Origin: Minisyncoccia bacterium
GTDB taxonomy: Bacteria; Patescibacteriota; Minisyncoccia; Phycocordibacterales; Phycocordibacteraceae
DNA: 64,000 nucleotides
Assembly (NCBI GenBank): GCA_038207395.1
Contig: JBBQZW010000001.1
Coordinates: 77,530 to 141,529 of the forward strand
Direction of reading: 5' to 3'
Shown: piece by piece, positions 35,716-44,694 of the stretch
Numbering within the stretch: the first letter of the stretch is position 1
Layout: each line of letters starts with the position of its first letter
Made by a program: the position numbers and the translations under genes
The notes under the pieces: model-generated
Seen by the model: the letters and a program-made list of their open reading frames with translations, nothing else
What the model was told of the DNA's origin: nothing
The model's database searches: none

Positions 35716-36315
35716 CTACTTGGTATTCGCGAAGAGCATGGCCGCCTCAATGTTTTCAGTAATGAAAAGCTGAATAGCGTCATTAGTTTTCTCATATACC
35801 TTCTTAAGGAGTTCCGCTTCTTTTGGAGAAAACTTCCCTATCACATGACCAACGACTTCTTCACCTGCCTCTGGTTTACGAATCTTTCCTTTGGGTGTTG
35901 CGCCTGAGATACCCACTTTGAGCTGTGCAAATTCCTTAGTCTTTAGAGTGCGCATGATACTTTCCACCCCTTTGTGTCCACCACTTCCTCGTCCATGCAT
36001 TGTGAGTTTTATGGTTCCAATCGGCAAATCAAGATCATCACGTACGACCAGCAATTTCTTTGCCGCTTTTACCGATTTTACAAATGACGTCACTCCTTTA
36101 CCTGACTGATTCATAAATACTTCGGGAAGTATGAGCTGGACTTTCTCAGCATCTATTACTCCTTCAGTCACTGACGCATGTGCCGATTTGCGAAGTGCGA
36201 ATTCATCAAACTCTGCATGTGCTGCATATGCTTCCACCACCATACGGCCGGCGTTGTGTCGTGTTTTTGCATATTCTCCACCGGGATTTCCGAGTCCTAC
36301 TATTACGCTTGTCAT
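35716..36315 (-). CDS. pth: peptidyl-tRNA hydrolase
   Basis: 199 aa with the Pth N-terminal signature VIVGLGNPGGEYAKTRHNAG and the catalytic His and Asp. Confidence 0.85.
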   Translation of the reverse strand: MTSVIVGLGNPGGEYAKTRHNAGRMVVEAYAAHAEFDEFALRKSAHASVTEGVIDAEKVQLILPEVFMNQSGKGVTSFVKSVKAAKKLLVVRDDLDLPIGTIKLTMHGRGSGGHKGVESIMRTLKTKEFAQLKVGISGATPKGKIRKPEAGEEVVGHVIGKFSPKEAELLKKVYEKTNDAIQLFITENIEAAMLFANTK

Positions 36316-36481
36316 TATTTCGAGTATAGCAGAAACAGGCGTTCAGAATTAGTACGTGAAGTACCGCTAGCTCCTTGAATGCCTGCCATACTTCTGTGTT
36401 TGTACATCACTTATCTAAAGACATTCAAGGAGGTAGGGGTACAAAACTTGCGCAGGAAAACAGTGCGCGTACAATGCACGT

Positions 36482-37033
36482 ATGAAGCTCTTAGGAAGCG
36501 CGCTAAAAGAGATTGCGATCTTCCTTGTTCTGGCCGTTATCATCGTCCTCCCCATCCGTTTGTTCGTTGCACAACCATTCGTTGTTGAAGGCGAAAGCAT
36601 GCACCCTACATTTGAAAGTGGCGACTACCTCATCGTTGATGAACTTTCATATCACTTTCACGAACCTCGCCGCGGTGATGTCGTCGTATTTCGCTACCCT
36701 GGTGATCCAAAAGTCTTTTATATAAAGCGCGTTATCGGACTTCCGGGCGAAACTATTAGCATTACTGAAGGGAAAGTAACTATTACAAAAGAAGATGGTA
36801 CAAGCGTGACTCTTTCTGAATCATATGTTGTTAACGAAGACGCCACGTACACACAAAGCACACACATAGGCGCAGGTGAACTCTTTGTTATGGGAGATAA
36901 CCGTCCAAAAAGTTCTGACTCGCGCGTATGGGGACTCCTTCCTGAAAAGAATATTATTGGCCATGCCTTCGTCCGACTCTTCCCTGCGAATGAATTCGGA
37001 CTTAATCCTGGCGCAACCACCCAACCACAATGA
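36482..37033 (+). CDS. lepB: signal peptidase I
   Basis: 183 aa with an N-terminal TM, the catalytic Ser box (GESMHPTF), the Lys box (YIKRVIGLPGE) and the GDNRPKSSDSRVWG box. Confidence 0.85.
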   Translation: MKLLGSALKEIAIFLVLAVIIVLPIRLFVAQPFVVEGESMHPTFESGDYLIVDELSYHFHEPRRGDVVVFRYPGDPKVFYIKRVIGLPGETISITEGKVTITKEDGTSVTLSESYVVNEDATYTQSTHIGAGELFVMGDNRPKSSDSRVWGLLPEKNIIGHAFVRLFPANEFGLNPGATTQPQ

Positions 37034-38163
37034 TCACTTCACTTCGACCCGATGAGGTAGTAAAACGTGCCGCCGCTATAGGTAGTTACTACGGATTTAC
37101 TTCTCTTTCATCGCTCACCGTAAAAAAGACAGCATCACGTGCACCGTATCCTGAGGGAGTTAATCCTGATGCACTTGACCCGGCAGCACGTGAAGTAGCA
37201 GGATTTCTTAAGCATGTACGTGATGCGAATCTAACACCTTCCATCGCCCAACCTCTTTTTGTATGGCACACGAATGCTGCGCCAGGGCGTCCTGCTCCTA
37301 AGCAAATAATCATACAGTTCCATGCACTAGGAACTGAACGCGCCATAGCTGACGCCGTACTTATGCGTGCCGTGCGTGCATTTATGCAGGATCTCACCAA
37401 AGATGACCTGACGCTTCGTATTAACAGCATGGGTGACAAAGAGACTCGCAGTCGCTTCGCACGAGAGCTTGGTACTTTTTTCCGTAAGCACGGAGCCGCG
37501 CTTCCTGAACCCTGCGTAACCAGTGCAAAGAACGATGTATTTGAAGGAGCCGAACTCCTCGCAGCAATGGACTCAGGGAGTCTTCCAGCACCCACAGATC
37601 ACCTAAGCGAAGCTAGCCGTAAACATTTTGAGAGTGTTATCGAGTACCTTGAGGCAAGCGATACTGGGTATGAGCTTGCTCCTGAACTTCTTTCACGTGG
37701 ACCGTCATGGGCAGAGACCTGTTTTGAAATAAAGGGAGGCGATTCACTGCGCGCCTGGGGCTCACGCTATAACGAACTGTCCCGTCCATTCTTCGGTTCT
37801 GCAGTTCCAGGAGTTGGTGCAGTTATTCGTATCACCACTGACGTACGGGACACTCTTCCTGCACTGAAGCCTGCAGGAAGTCCTCGGTTTGTGTTCGTAC
37901 ATATTGGTGACGAAGCTAAACGCGAAAGTATGAAAATGGCTGACACGCTTCGTAAGGCTCGAATTTCTCTGACACAAAACATTGGTATTGAATCTCTCAC
38001 CGAACAAATGCGTCATGCAGAGACTATTAATCCTCCGTATCTTTTAATCATGGGCCGCAAAGAAGCCCTTGAACGTTCAGTTATCCTTCGTCACCGTGCA
38101 AGCTATACGGAAACCTTTATTCCGTTTGATTCACTTATTGAGCATTTGAAGAGTGTTGTATAA
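37030..38163 (+). CDS. histidyl-tRNA synthetase-like protein (divergent; class II motifs degenerate)
   Basis: 377 aa. The C-terminal ~100 aa form a class IIa anticodon-binding domain (..RFVFVHIGDEAKRESMKMADTLRKARISL..LLIMGRKEALERSVILRH..). The catalytic-core region is collinear with HisRS but motif 2 and motif 3 are degenerate (..GGDSLRAWGSRYNEL in place of GGRYD.L). The start overlaps the lepB stop (ATGA). Confidence 0.5.
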   Translation: MITSLRPDEVVKRAAAIGSYYGFTSLSSLTVKKTASRAPYPEGVNPDALDPAAREVAGFLKHVRDANLTPSIAQPLFVWHTNAAPGRPAPKQIIIQFHALGTERAIADAVLMRAVRAFMQDLTKDDLTLRINSMGDKETRSRFARELGTFFRKHGAALPEPCVTSAKNDVFEGAELLAAMDSGSLPAPTDHLSEASRKHFESVIEYLEASDTGYELAPELLSRGPSWAETCFEIKGGDSLRAWGSRYNELSRPFFGSAVPGVGAVIRITTDVRDTLPALKPAGSPRFVFVHIGDEAKRESMKMADTLRKARISLTQNIGIESLTEQMRHAETINPPYLLIMGRKEALERSVILRHRASYTETFIPFDSLIEHLKSVV

Positions 38164-38188
38164 AGATGTATCGAGTAAGTCATATTAT

Positions 38189-38217
38189 TTGACATATTTA
38201 GATATACGACATATAAT
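38189..38217 (+). promoter_or_regulatory. consensus sigma-70 promoter
   Basis: TTGACA (38189-38194), a 17-nt spacer and TATAAT (38212-38217). It drives the small membrane protein gene whose RBS-preceded start is at 38265. Confidence 0.6.
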
Positions 38218-38264
38218 ATATTCAGTACTATTTGCTTTTTTGCTTCACGATAGGAGAACACCTA

Positions 38265-38543
38265 ATGCGTATTCTTAATGTTCTATATGCAATTATCGGC
38301 ACTGTTTTCATCACTCTGAGCTTCTACAGCACCTGGGTGTTGAAGGAAATGTTCGATCGAAATACCGAATATCAAGAGCGTGTGACGTCTATGTCGCCAC
38401 ATAATTTCGAAACACTTCCTACTCCGCCTCATGCACTTTGGTTTGGGGATGACCTTTTGGGCATCCTGCTGCCAACGATCCTCGCGATCATTGGTACGTT
38501 TTGCCTCTTCATGGCAATAACCAAATCTTCGGCTCGAAATTAG
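38265..38543 (+). CDS. small membrane protein (2 TM)
   Basis: 92 aa starting at the ATG with AGGAGAA 7 nt upstream; the 38232 ATG of the ORF track lacks an RBS. Two hydrophobic helices. Followed by a hairpin terminator. Confidence 0.5.
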   Translation: MRILNVLYAIIGTVFITLSFYSTWVLKEMFDRNTEYQERVTSMSPHNFETLPTPPHALWFGDDLLGILLPTILAIIGTFCLFMAITKSSARN

Positions 38544-38553
38544 TATTTCTCTG

Positions 38554-38587
38554 CGCCCGCGAATCCTAAGATTCGCGGGCGCTTTTG
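38554..38587 (+). terminator. rho-independent terminator
   Basis: GCGCCCGCGAATC-cta-GATTCGCGGGCGC followed by TTTTG. Confidence 0.65.
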
Positions 38588-38631
38588 CCTATAGATAAAA
38601 AGAACCGACGCGTTTCCGCGTCGGTATAAGT

Positions 38632-39540
38632 TTAGCCAATTTGTGTAACGGCACACTCGTGCAATGCGGCAAGTCCCGCTAAAAGCGAAAGTTGCTGTGG
38701 AGCACTGTCCAAGTTATGACAGCTGAAGTTTGCAGTTTCATCAGGATCGTCATTCATTGTTTCGGGATACATCGAAAGATCACACGCATTACCAAAACAT
38801 ACGAGGGTAAATCGACCATCAGAGGAAATACGCGCACAACATTCAGAGCCGTACTTTCTAAGGTCTTTATCACTCAGTGCTTTCCATACCGATTGAATCG
38901 CCGTTGTTGCAGCTTTTTCTGCTGCGCGTCTTTTTTTATCATCCAATTCCATCAACCATCGCTTAAATGCTGGGTACACATAACCAGTGACCATATGTCC
39001 CCAACCGGCAGCAGGGTACTCAGTACGTGTGTAGATATCAAGGAACTGGAACGAATTCGATTTCCTGTTTTGATGCTCTTCTGTGCTCTCTAGGTGCCCA
39101 AGCATGATCAGAACAAGCTTAAAGGTAAGGGCAATCTGCTCAACACGATCAGCTACAAGTGGAAATCGATACTCAACGTCAGATCCTGAATCAACACGAT
39201 ATCCAGCTCGATCAAATCCAAACGTTGCTTCATCAGGGTGTGATAACGCAAGCTCTGGTTCTGCAGGTGAATGGTATCGATACGGGCGACGAAGATATTC
39301 ACTGGCTTTTAGCACACGATCAACCTCTGCCAAGGACTGATCTGCAAGCAAGGACTCTATTTGATGTGAGATATACTGAGATACCACAATACAAAGCTCG
39401 GGAGCATGCTTCAGCTTTCGGAATCGAAGGCTGAACATGCGCGCAGGGCGTTCATTAATCATGCCAACCTCTCTAAGAACTAGGGATACTGCTGCAATAC
39501 TGGGCGTAACCGTACCTGGTGTCAACAAACTGGACACCAA
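38632..39540 (-). CDS. hypothetical Cys-rich protein
   Basis: 302-aa ORF whose true start may be an internal Met. Several Cys are clustered near the C-terminus (..SECCARISS..LVCFGNACDL..FSCHNLD..HECA). No assignable domain. Divergent from rpsU. Confidence 0.45.
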   Translation of the reverse strand: MVSSLLTPGTVTPSIAAVSLVLREVGMINERPARMFSLRFRKLKHAPELCIVVSQYISHQIESLLADQSLAEVDRVLKASEYLRRPYRYHSPAEPELALSHPDEATFGFDRAGYRVDSGSDVEYRFPLVADRVEQIALTFKLVLIMLGHLESTEEHQNRKSNSFQFLDIYTRTEYPAAGWGHMVTGYVYPAFKRWLMELDDKKRRAAEKAATTAIQSVWKALSDKDLRKYGSECCARISSDGRFTLVCFGNACDLSMYPETMNDDPDETANFSCHNLDSAPQQLSLLAGLAALHECAVTQIG

Positions 39541-39570
39541 TCCCCTATTTGTGATACTCTTGGCTCTATT

Positions 39571-39831
39571 ATGCAGAAAGCAACACGTGTAGAAGTAGTC
39601 CGCAGTAAAAGCGAGAGCGCAGCCTCTCTTCTTCGTCGTTTTTCCCGCCGTTCACAGGGTCTTGGTCTCGTACGTGCAATGCGTACGCGCCGTTACCATG
39701 TTCGTATCAAATCTAAGAACGTGCAGCACATGCGCGCCATGGTTCGTGGCGAACGCATTGCCGAGTACAATGATCAGGTAAAGCTCGGCAAGATTGACCC
39801 AGCAGCCCGTAAGACTCGTGGCCGCAAGTAG
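39571..39831 (+). CDS. rpsU: 30S ribosomal protein S21
   Basis: 86 aa, basic, with the S21 pattern (VEV...ESAASLLRRFSRRSQGLGLVRAMRTRRYH...K). Confidence 0.7.
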   Translation: MQKATRVEVVRSKSESAASLLRRFSRRSQGLGLVRAMRTRRYHVRIKSKNVQHMRAMVRGERIAEYNDQVKLGKIDPAARKTRGRK

Positions 39832-39834
39832 ACC

Positions 39835-40263
39835 TTGAAGACGTCACTCGACATTCGGAATTTCACCAGGCGCCCTCCGGCGCCTGGTGTTTCCTTTGTA
39901 TCTATTGCTGAAGCCGTACTTCCGGGATGGGATATCTCGCTTGTGTTCGCAGGAGAAACACGTGCGCAGCATTTGAATATTACGCTACGAAACAAAGACT
40001 ACATTCCTAACGTACTTTCCTATGAGAGTGGAACAAAGTCAGGAGAAATAATTATTTGTCCGTCTATTGCAAAGAAACAAGCACCACGGTATGGCATGCC
40101 TTACAAGGATTTCATCGCCTATTTGTTTATCCACGGTCTTCTTCATTTGAAAGGACAGCCACACGGGGCTACAATGGAAAGATACGAGCGAGCGCACTTA
40201 GCGCGCTTTCATTTTAAATTACCTACTTTTACCAATGACACGAAGAATCGCAACAGGAATTGA
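39835..40263 (+). CDS. ybeY: rRNA maturation endoribonuclease YbeY
   Basis: 142 aa with the metal-binding motif HGLLHLKGQPHG (YbeY H..LH..G.DH with a one-residue insertion). Confidence 0.7.
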   Translation: MKTSLDIRNFTRRPPAPGVSFVSIAEAVLPGWDISLVFAGETRAQHLNITLRNKDYIPNVLSYESGTKSGEIIICPSIAKKQAPRYGMPYKDFIAYLFIHGLLHLKGQPHGATMERYERAHLARFHFKLPTFTNDTKNRNRN

Positions 40264-41401
40264 TATCGGAACTCACCAAACGAAGGTTGTTGTCGTTGAA
40301 GAAATCCATACTCCTGAAGGTTCATCTATTCACATCATCGGAACAGGTATGAGTGAGACGGCCGGCATGCGTCACGGGTATGTTGTTGACCTAGCTGATG
40401 CAACGGCAAGTATCGTTGCGGCTAAAAAGCAGGCTGAGTCGGTAGCACGTGTTCCAATCCGTTCAGGCTTCCTAGCTGTTGGAGGTGTTTCGCTCGACGA
40501 AACGCGGGGTACGGCTGACACCGTCATTTCTCGTGCTGATCAAGTGATCACTGACCTTGATATTCAGAAAGTGCGTGAGGGTGCTCGTCAGGCAGCAGAG
40601 CCTAACTTTCTTAACCGCAAAGTACTTCACGAAATTCCCCTTTCGTGGATCGTAGATGGTGCCAAAGTTATGGGCGAGCCTCTTGGATACAGAGGGACAA
40701 AGCTCGAGGGAGAATTCCTTTTTATAACCTGCCTCGAACAGCATGCGGACCTCCTCACGAACGCGGTCGAAAACGCTGACATCGAGGTTATTGACCGTAT
40801 GGCCTCCCCTCTAGCTGGCTCATATGTAACGCTCACTAAAGACCAGAAGATGAAAGGGTGTGTGCTCGCTAACATAGGCGCTGAAACCGTATCTATCGTT
40901 GTGTATGACGAAGGACTTCCTGTTTCTGCGAAAGTATTTCCTATTGGCTCAACAAATATCACCGATGACCTCGCTCTTGGTTTTAAGATCTCATTAGAGG
41001 ATGCCGAACGCATTAAACTCGGACGTCTTTCAGGAACTATGTACCCACGAAAGAAAGTGGACGAAATAATCTCATCTCGTTTCCGTACGATGTTTGAATT
41101 AATTGATAAACATCTCAAATCACTGGGACGTCGTCACTCTCTTCCTGCTGGAATTATTCTTACGGGCGGAGGAACCGGCACAGGCACCATCAGTGACATT
41201 GCAAAAGGATCGCTTAATCTTCCTTCACGTATTGCCGACATGCGCCTTAGTGCTGATACAAAAGTAAAAGATGCGACCTGGGCTGTTGCGTACGGTCTCG
41301 CACTTTGGGGACTCACGGGAGAAACTGAACCATCAAAAAAGAATCCAATGGGAGACATTATTCGCGCCTGCAAAGAATTTGTTGCGCAGTTCATGCCATA
41401 A
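40235..41401 (+). CDS. ftsA: cell division protein FtsA
   Basis: 388 aa with an actin-like ATPase fold (IATGIDIGTHQTKVVVVE..), immediately upstream of ftsZ. Confidence 0.85.
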   Translation: MTRRIATGIDIGTHQTKVVVVEEIHTPEGSSIHIIGTGMSETAGMRHGYVVDLADATASIVAAKKQAESVARVPIRSGFLAVGGVSLDETRGTADTVISRADQVITDLDIQKVREGARQAAEPNFLNRKVLHEIPLSWIVDGAKVMGEPLGYRGTKLEGEFLFITCLEQHADLLTNAVENADIEVIDRMASPLAGSYVTLTKDQKMKGCVLANIGAETVSIVVYDEGLPVSAKVFPIGSTNITDDLALGFKISLEDAERIKLGRLSGTMYPRKKVDEIISSRFRTMFELIDKHLKSLGRRHSLPAGIILTGGGTGTGTISDIAKGSLNLPSRIADMRLSADTKVKDATWAVAYGLALWGLTGETEPSKKNPMGDIIRACKEFVAQFMP

Positions 41402-41509
41402 TTGGTTTTTTCTTAGTTGAAACAAAAGCACGTTTACCCTTTACGTCAATATTGCGCGTATCCCTATTTACGTAGCATAATGCCAGTATTACCCACTTAG
41501 CAGTCCCCT

Positions 41510-42781
41510 ATGTCAAAGCGCGTCACTCCTGAGATTGAGACCTTCGCCCGCATCCGCGTCGTCGGAGTTGGAGGATCCGGTAACAATGCCGTGAATCACA
41601 TGGTCAATTCAAAGGTTAAGGGTGTTGAGTTCGTGGCCATCAACACTGATGCACAAGACCTTCACCGTTCACTCGCTAAGCGAAAGATCCATATTGGAAA
41701 GAATCTTACCAAGGGACTTGGTGCTGGAATGAACCCTGAGCTTGGACGTCGCGCTGCTGAAGAAACACGTCAGGAAATTCAGGAAGCTATTCAGGGATCT
41801 GACATGGTCTTCATCACTTGTGGAATGGGTGGCGGAACCGGAACTGGTGCAGCGGCCGTTGTTGCAAAGATTGCAAAGGAACAAGGTGCGCTCACTATCG
41901 CTGTTGTTACCAAGCCATTCTCATTTGAAGGAGCGCATCGCGGACAGATTGCAGAGCAGGGACTTGTGGAGCTTAAGAAAGAAGTTGATGCATACCTCAT
42001 CATCCCTAACGACAAACTTCTCGCAATCGTAGAAGCAAATACGTCAGCTAAGTCAGCGTTCGCACTCGCCGATGAAATCCTTCGTCAGGCAGTTGAAGGA
42101 GTGTCAGACATTATCACTACTCCCGGTGAAATCAACACTGACTTCAATGATATTAAAACCATCATGGAGGGGGCAGGTCCTGCGCTCATGGGGATTGGTA
42201 TCGCCGATGGTGAGAACCGTGCGAAAGACGCTGCTGCAATGGCGGTTAACTCTCCCCTTCTCGATGTATCTATCTCAGGTGCGAAAGGCATACTGTTCGT
42301 TGTTGCCGGTAACGAAGACCTTGGCATTGTAGAAGTACAAGAAGCAGCTAAGGTTATTAGTGAATCTGTTGATAAGTCAGCACGAGTGATCTTCGGTATC
42401 ATGCGTGACGAGAAACTTAAGAAGGGTCAGATCCGCATTATTGTTATCGCCACCGGTTTCCCTGACCAAGGACCAGATAGCGGAGGCGCGAGCGGCTTCG
42501 AACGGTCTCTTTTCTCAATGCCAAAGCCAGAGCAGGAAGAGACTCGTGGACGCATTTTTAACGACATGCTCGGACGAGGCGGATCACGCGAGGAAAGCCC
42601 GGCTCCCGCCGCGCCAGTTGAGGAATCAGTTGCACCATTGATCCCCGTAAAACGTGAAGAGCCTATCGTAACAGCAACACCACGCATCGACAGTGTTCGT
42701 CCTGTAGCGCCTCCTATTGTTGAGGAGGAAGAAGAGGCCTGGGGAGCTATTCCAAGTTTCCTTCGTCGCCACAAGAAGTAG
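41510..42781 (+). CDS. ftsZ: cell division protein FtsZ
   Basis: 423 aa with the tubulin signature GGGTGTGAA, an N-terminal IRVVGVGGSGNNAVNHM motif and a C-terminal disordered linker and tail. Confidence 0.9.
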   Translation: MSKRVTPEIETFARIRVVGVGGSGNNAVNHMVNSKVKGVEFVAINTDAQDLHRSLAKRKIHIGKNLTKGLGAGMNPELGRRAAEETRQEIQEAIQGSDMVFITCGMGGGTGTGAAAVVAKIAKEQGALTIAVVTKPFSFEGAHRGQIAEQGLVELKKEVDAYLIIPNDKLLAIVEANTSAKSAFALADEILRQAVEGVSDIITTPGEINTDFNDIKTIMEGAGPALMGIGIADGENRAKDAAAMAVNSPLLDVSISGAKGILFVVAGNEDLGIVEVQEAAKVISESVDKSARVIFGIMRDEKLKKGQIRIIVIATGFPDQGPDSGGASGFERSLFSMPKPEQEETRGRIFNDMLGRGGSREESPAPAAPVEESVAPLIPVKREEPIVTATPRIDSVRPVAPPIVEEEEEAWGAIPSFLRRHKK

Positions 42782-42792
42782 AAATAAAAAGA

Positions 42793-42839
42793 AAACCCCC
42801 TCCGGTTGCAAAAGCACTTAGGCAACCGGAGGGGGTTTT
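42793..42839. terminator. strong bidirectional rho-independent terminator after ftsZ
   Basis: AAAACCCCCTCCGGTTGC-aaaagcacttag-GCAACCGGAGGGGGTTTT with A/T runs on both sides. Confidence 0.75.
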
Positions 42840-42908
42840 CTTTTTATTCAGAAATTCTCACTAATTTAGTGAACTTTATTTTATCTCTTCTGCGTATAGT
42901 TACCCGTA

Positions 42909-43292
42909 ATGGGTAAAGATTTTAATGCCTGGAATACTGAGAAAAAATATCTTAACACTAAGTTACAGGGTAAATATGGTCACCCCGGTGAAATCTGGTG
43001 GTGTTCTTTAGGAATAAATATTGGAGTTGAAACTAACGGCAAACACAATTTGTTTGAACGACCTGTAATTATCCTAAAAGCATATAATACAAACAGTCTT
43101 CTTATGCTTCCGCTTACAAGCAAAGAAAAGCGTGATGCTTTTCACTACAGGGTTAGTTCCGAAATCGGTATAAGTTATGCAAAATTAACGCAGGTACGAG
43201 TTATAAGTACAAAAAGGTTATTACGAAAAGTGGGGAAAATTACTACAACTGAGTTCGAAAATTTAATCACTTGTTTCAAAAACAGCATATAA
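42909..43292 (+). CDS. PemK/MazF-family endoribonuclease toxin (solitary)
   Basis: 127 aa (GEIWWCSLGINIGVETNGKHNLFERPVIILKAYNTNSLLMLPLTSKEKRD..KLTQVRVISTKRLLRKVGKITTTEFENL), collinear with MazF/PemK (GDIW.VDF.P..G.E..G.RPA.VVS....N.....V.V.PLTS...R). The region is AT-rich, bracketed by two terminators, with no antitoxin ORF on either side. Confidence 0.65.
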   Translation: MGKDFNAWNTEKKYLNTKLQGKYGHPGEIWWCSLGINIGVETNGKHNLFERPVIILKAYNTNSLLMLPLTSKEKRDAFHYRVSSEIGISYAKLTQVRVISTKRLLRKVGKITTTEFENLITCFKNSI

Positions 43293-43296
43293 AACA

Positions 43297-43320
43297 AAAA
43301 CCCGCACTACTGCGGGTTTT
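43297..43320 (+). terminator. rho-independent terminator
   Basis: AAAACCCGCAC-tac-TGCGGGTTTT. Confidence 0.65.
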
Positions 43321-43434
43321 CTCGAGGCTCCGAAGCCATAATAGTCATATGATATCAGAGCCAGTTACTAGGTCAACATAGATTGTATTGTCCACAATTG
43401 TGAAGTTTCGTAATGTAAGGGATACTTTACGTAT

Positions 43435-44361
43435 ATGAATGACTTACTAATTATCGGAGGTGGGCCTGCAGGAGTATCAGCGGGAGTGTATGCATCAAGA
43501 AAGTTTTTGAAGACGGTGCTTGTGGCTGAAGAAATTGGCGGTCAGAGCACCGTATCTGAAGGTATCCAGAACTGGATAGGAACGGTGAATATCCCCGGTG
43601 TAGAGCTAATTTCAGCCTTCAAGGCCCATTTGAATGCGTATAAAGGAGAGAGTTTAACTATTCTTGAGGGAAAACGGGTGGAAGCTTTAGAAAAAACTGA
43701 CGGAGGCTTTACGGCCACACTAAAAAATGGAGATGAAATTACGGCAAAAGCAGTACTTATTGCTTCTGGGGCAGCACGCCGAAAGCTGACTATTCCTGGT
43801 GCTGACCTGTTTGAACACAAAGGTCTTACGTACTGCGCTTCCTGTGATGGTCCTTTGTTCAGCGAAATGGACGTAGCCGTTGTGGGTGGAGGAAATGCTG
43901 GGTTTGAATCAGCACTTCAACTCTTAGCCTACTGTAAGTCAGTGACCCTTATACATAAGTACGACACGTTTAAGGCGGATGAGATAACAGTACAAAAAGC
44001 ACTCGCTCACCCCAACATGAAGGTTATGACGTTGAGTGAACCGACAGAAGTGCACGGCGACAAATTTGTGAACGGACTTACCGTAAAGAACGTGCAAACG
44101 GGTGAAGAAACAACGCTTGCAGTAACAGGAATTTTTGTTGAAATTGGCGTTGTGCCAAACACGTCCTTTGCGAAAGACTTAGTCGCACTCGACCCTATTA
44201 ACCGAGTAATTACTGATTCAAAGAATCAGCATACAAGTATTGAAGGAGTATGGGCTGCAGGTGACTGTACTGATGAGCTTTACCACCAAAACAATATTGC
44301 AGCGGGAGACGCAGTGAAGGCGCTTGAGGATATTTATATTTGGGTTAAGACAAAGGCGTAA
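43435..44361 (+). CDS. trxB: thioredoxin-disulfide reductase
   Basis: 308 aa with an FAD motif (IIGGGPAGVSAGVYA), a redox-active CASC disulfide and an NAD(P)H motif (VAVVGGGNAG). Confidence 0.85.
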   Translation: MNDLLIIGGGPAGVSAGVYASRKFLKTVLVAEEIGGQSTVSEGIQNWIGTVNIPGVELISAFKAHLNAYKGESLTILEGKRVEALEKTDGGFTATLKNGDEITAKAVLIASGAARRKLTIPGADLFEHKGLTYCASCDGPLFSEMDVAVVGGGNAGFESALQLLAYCKSVTLIHKYDTFKADEITVQKALAHPNMKVMTLSEPTEVHGDKFVNGLTVKNVQTGEETTLAVTGIFVEIGVVPNTSFAKDLVALDPINRVITDSKNQHTSIEGVWAAGDCTDELYHQNNIAAGDAVKALEDIYIWVKTKA

Positions 44362-44380
44362 GAGAAGATAGACTAAATAA

Positions 44381-44412
44381 AAAAAAGCCCGCACGAGTGC
44401 GGGCTTTTTTTA
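44381..44412. terminator. bidirectional rho-independent terminator
   Basis: AAAAAAAAGCCCGCAC-gag-TGCGGGCTTTTTTT. Confidence 0.7.
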
Positions 44413-44422
44413 TTTCAGTGAC

Positions 44423-44572
44423 TTACGCAGCTGAAACTTCTTCTTCGCCTTCAGTAACAGGCATGTGCTCCATAGGAGCTGCTTCTGTTTCTGGAGTCAT
44501 TTCTGGAGTCTCTGGCATTGCCGTCGCCTCATCTCCCATCTCGTCGTGGGTCTTTACTTCTTCTGAATCCAT
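44423..44572 (-). CDS. possible small acidic protein (49 aa)
   Basis: The internal Met of ORF 44423-44674 gives the product MDSEEVKTHDEMGDEATAMPETPEMTPETEAAPMEHMPVTEGEEEVSAA. No clear RBS, so this is low confidence. Confidence 0.2.
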   Translation of the reverse strand: MDSEEVKTHDEMGDEATAMPETPEMTPETEAAPMEHMPVTEGEEEVSAA

Positions 44573-44694
44573 AGCGTAAATGGTTAGGACACAAAGGCTA
44601 AAGCCTTTGGTCTGTAGTAATGATTCAACGGGTCGAATCAAGGTAACTATAGCGCACTTAGATGGAAATAGCATGAAGTGCGTTTCAAGTATTC

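Noticed and set aside
38232-38264. Upstream ATG (38232) as the start of the small membrane protein.
   Set aside because: It would sit about 15 nt from the predicted transcription start of the consensus promoter, with no RBS. The ATG at 38265 has AGGAGAA 7 nt upstream.
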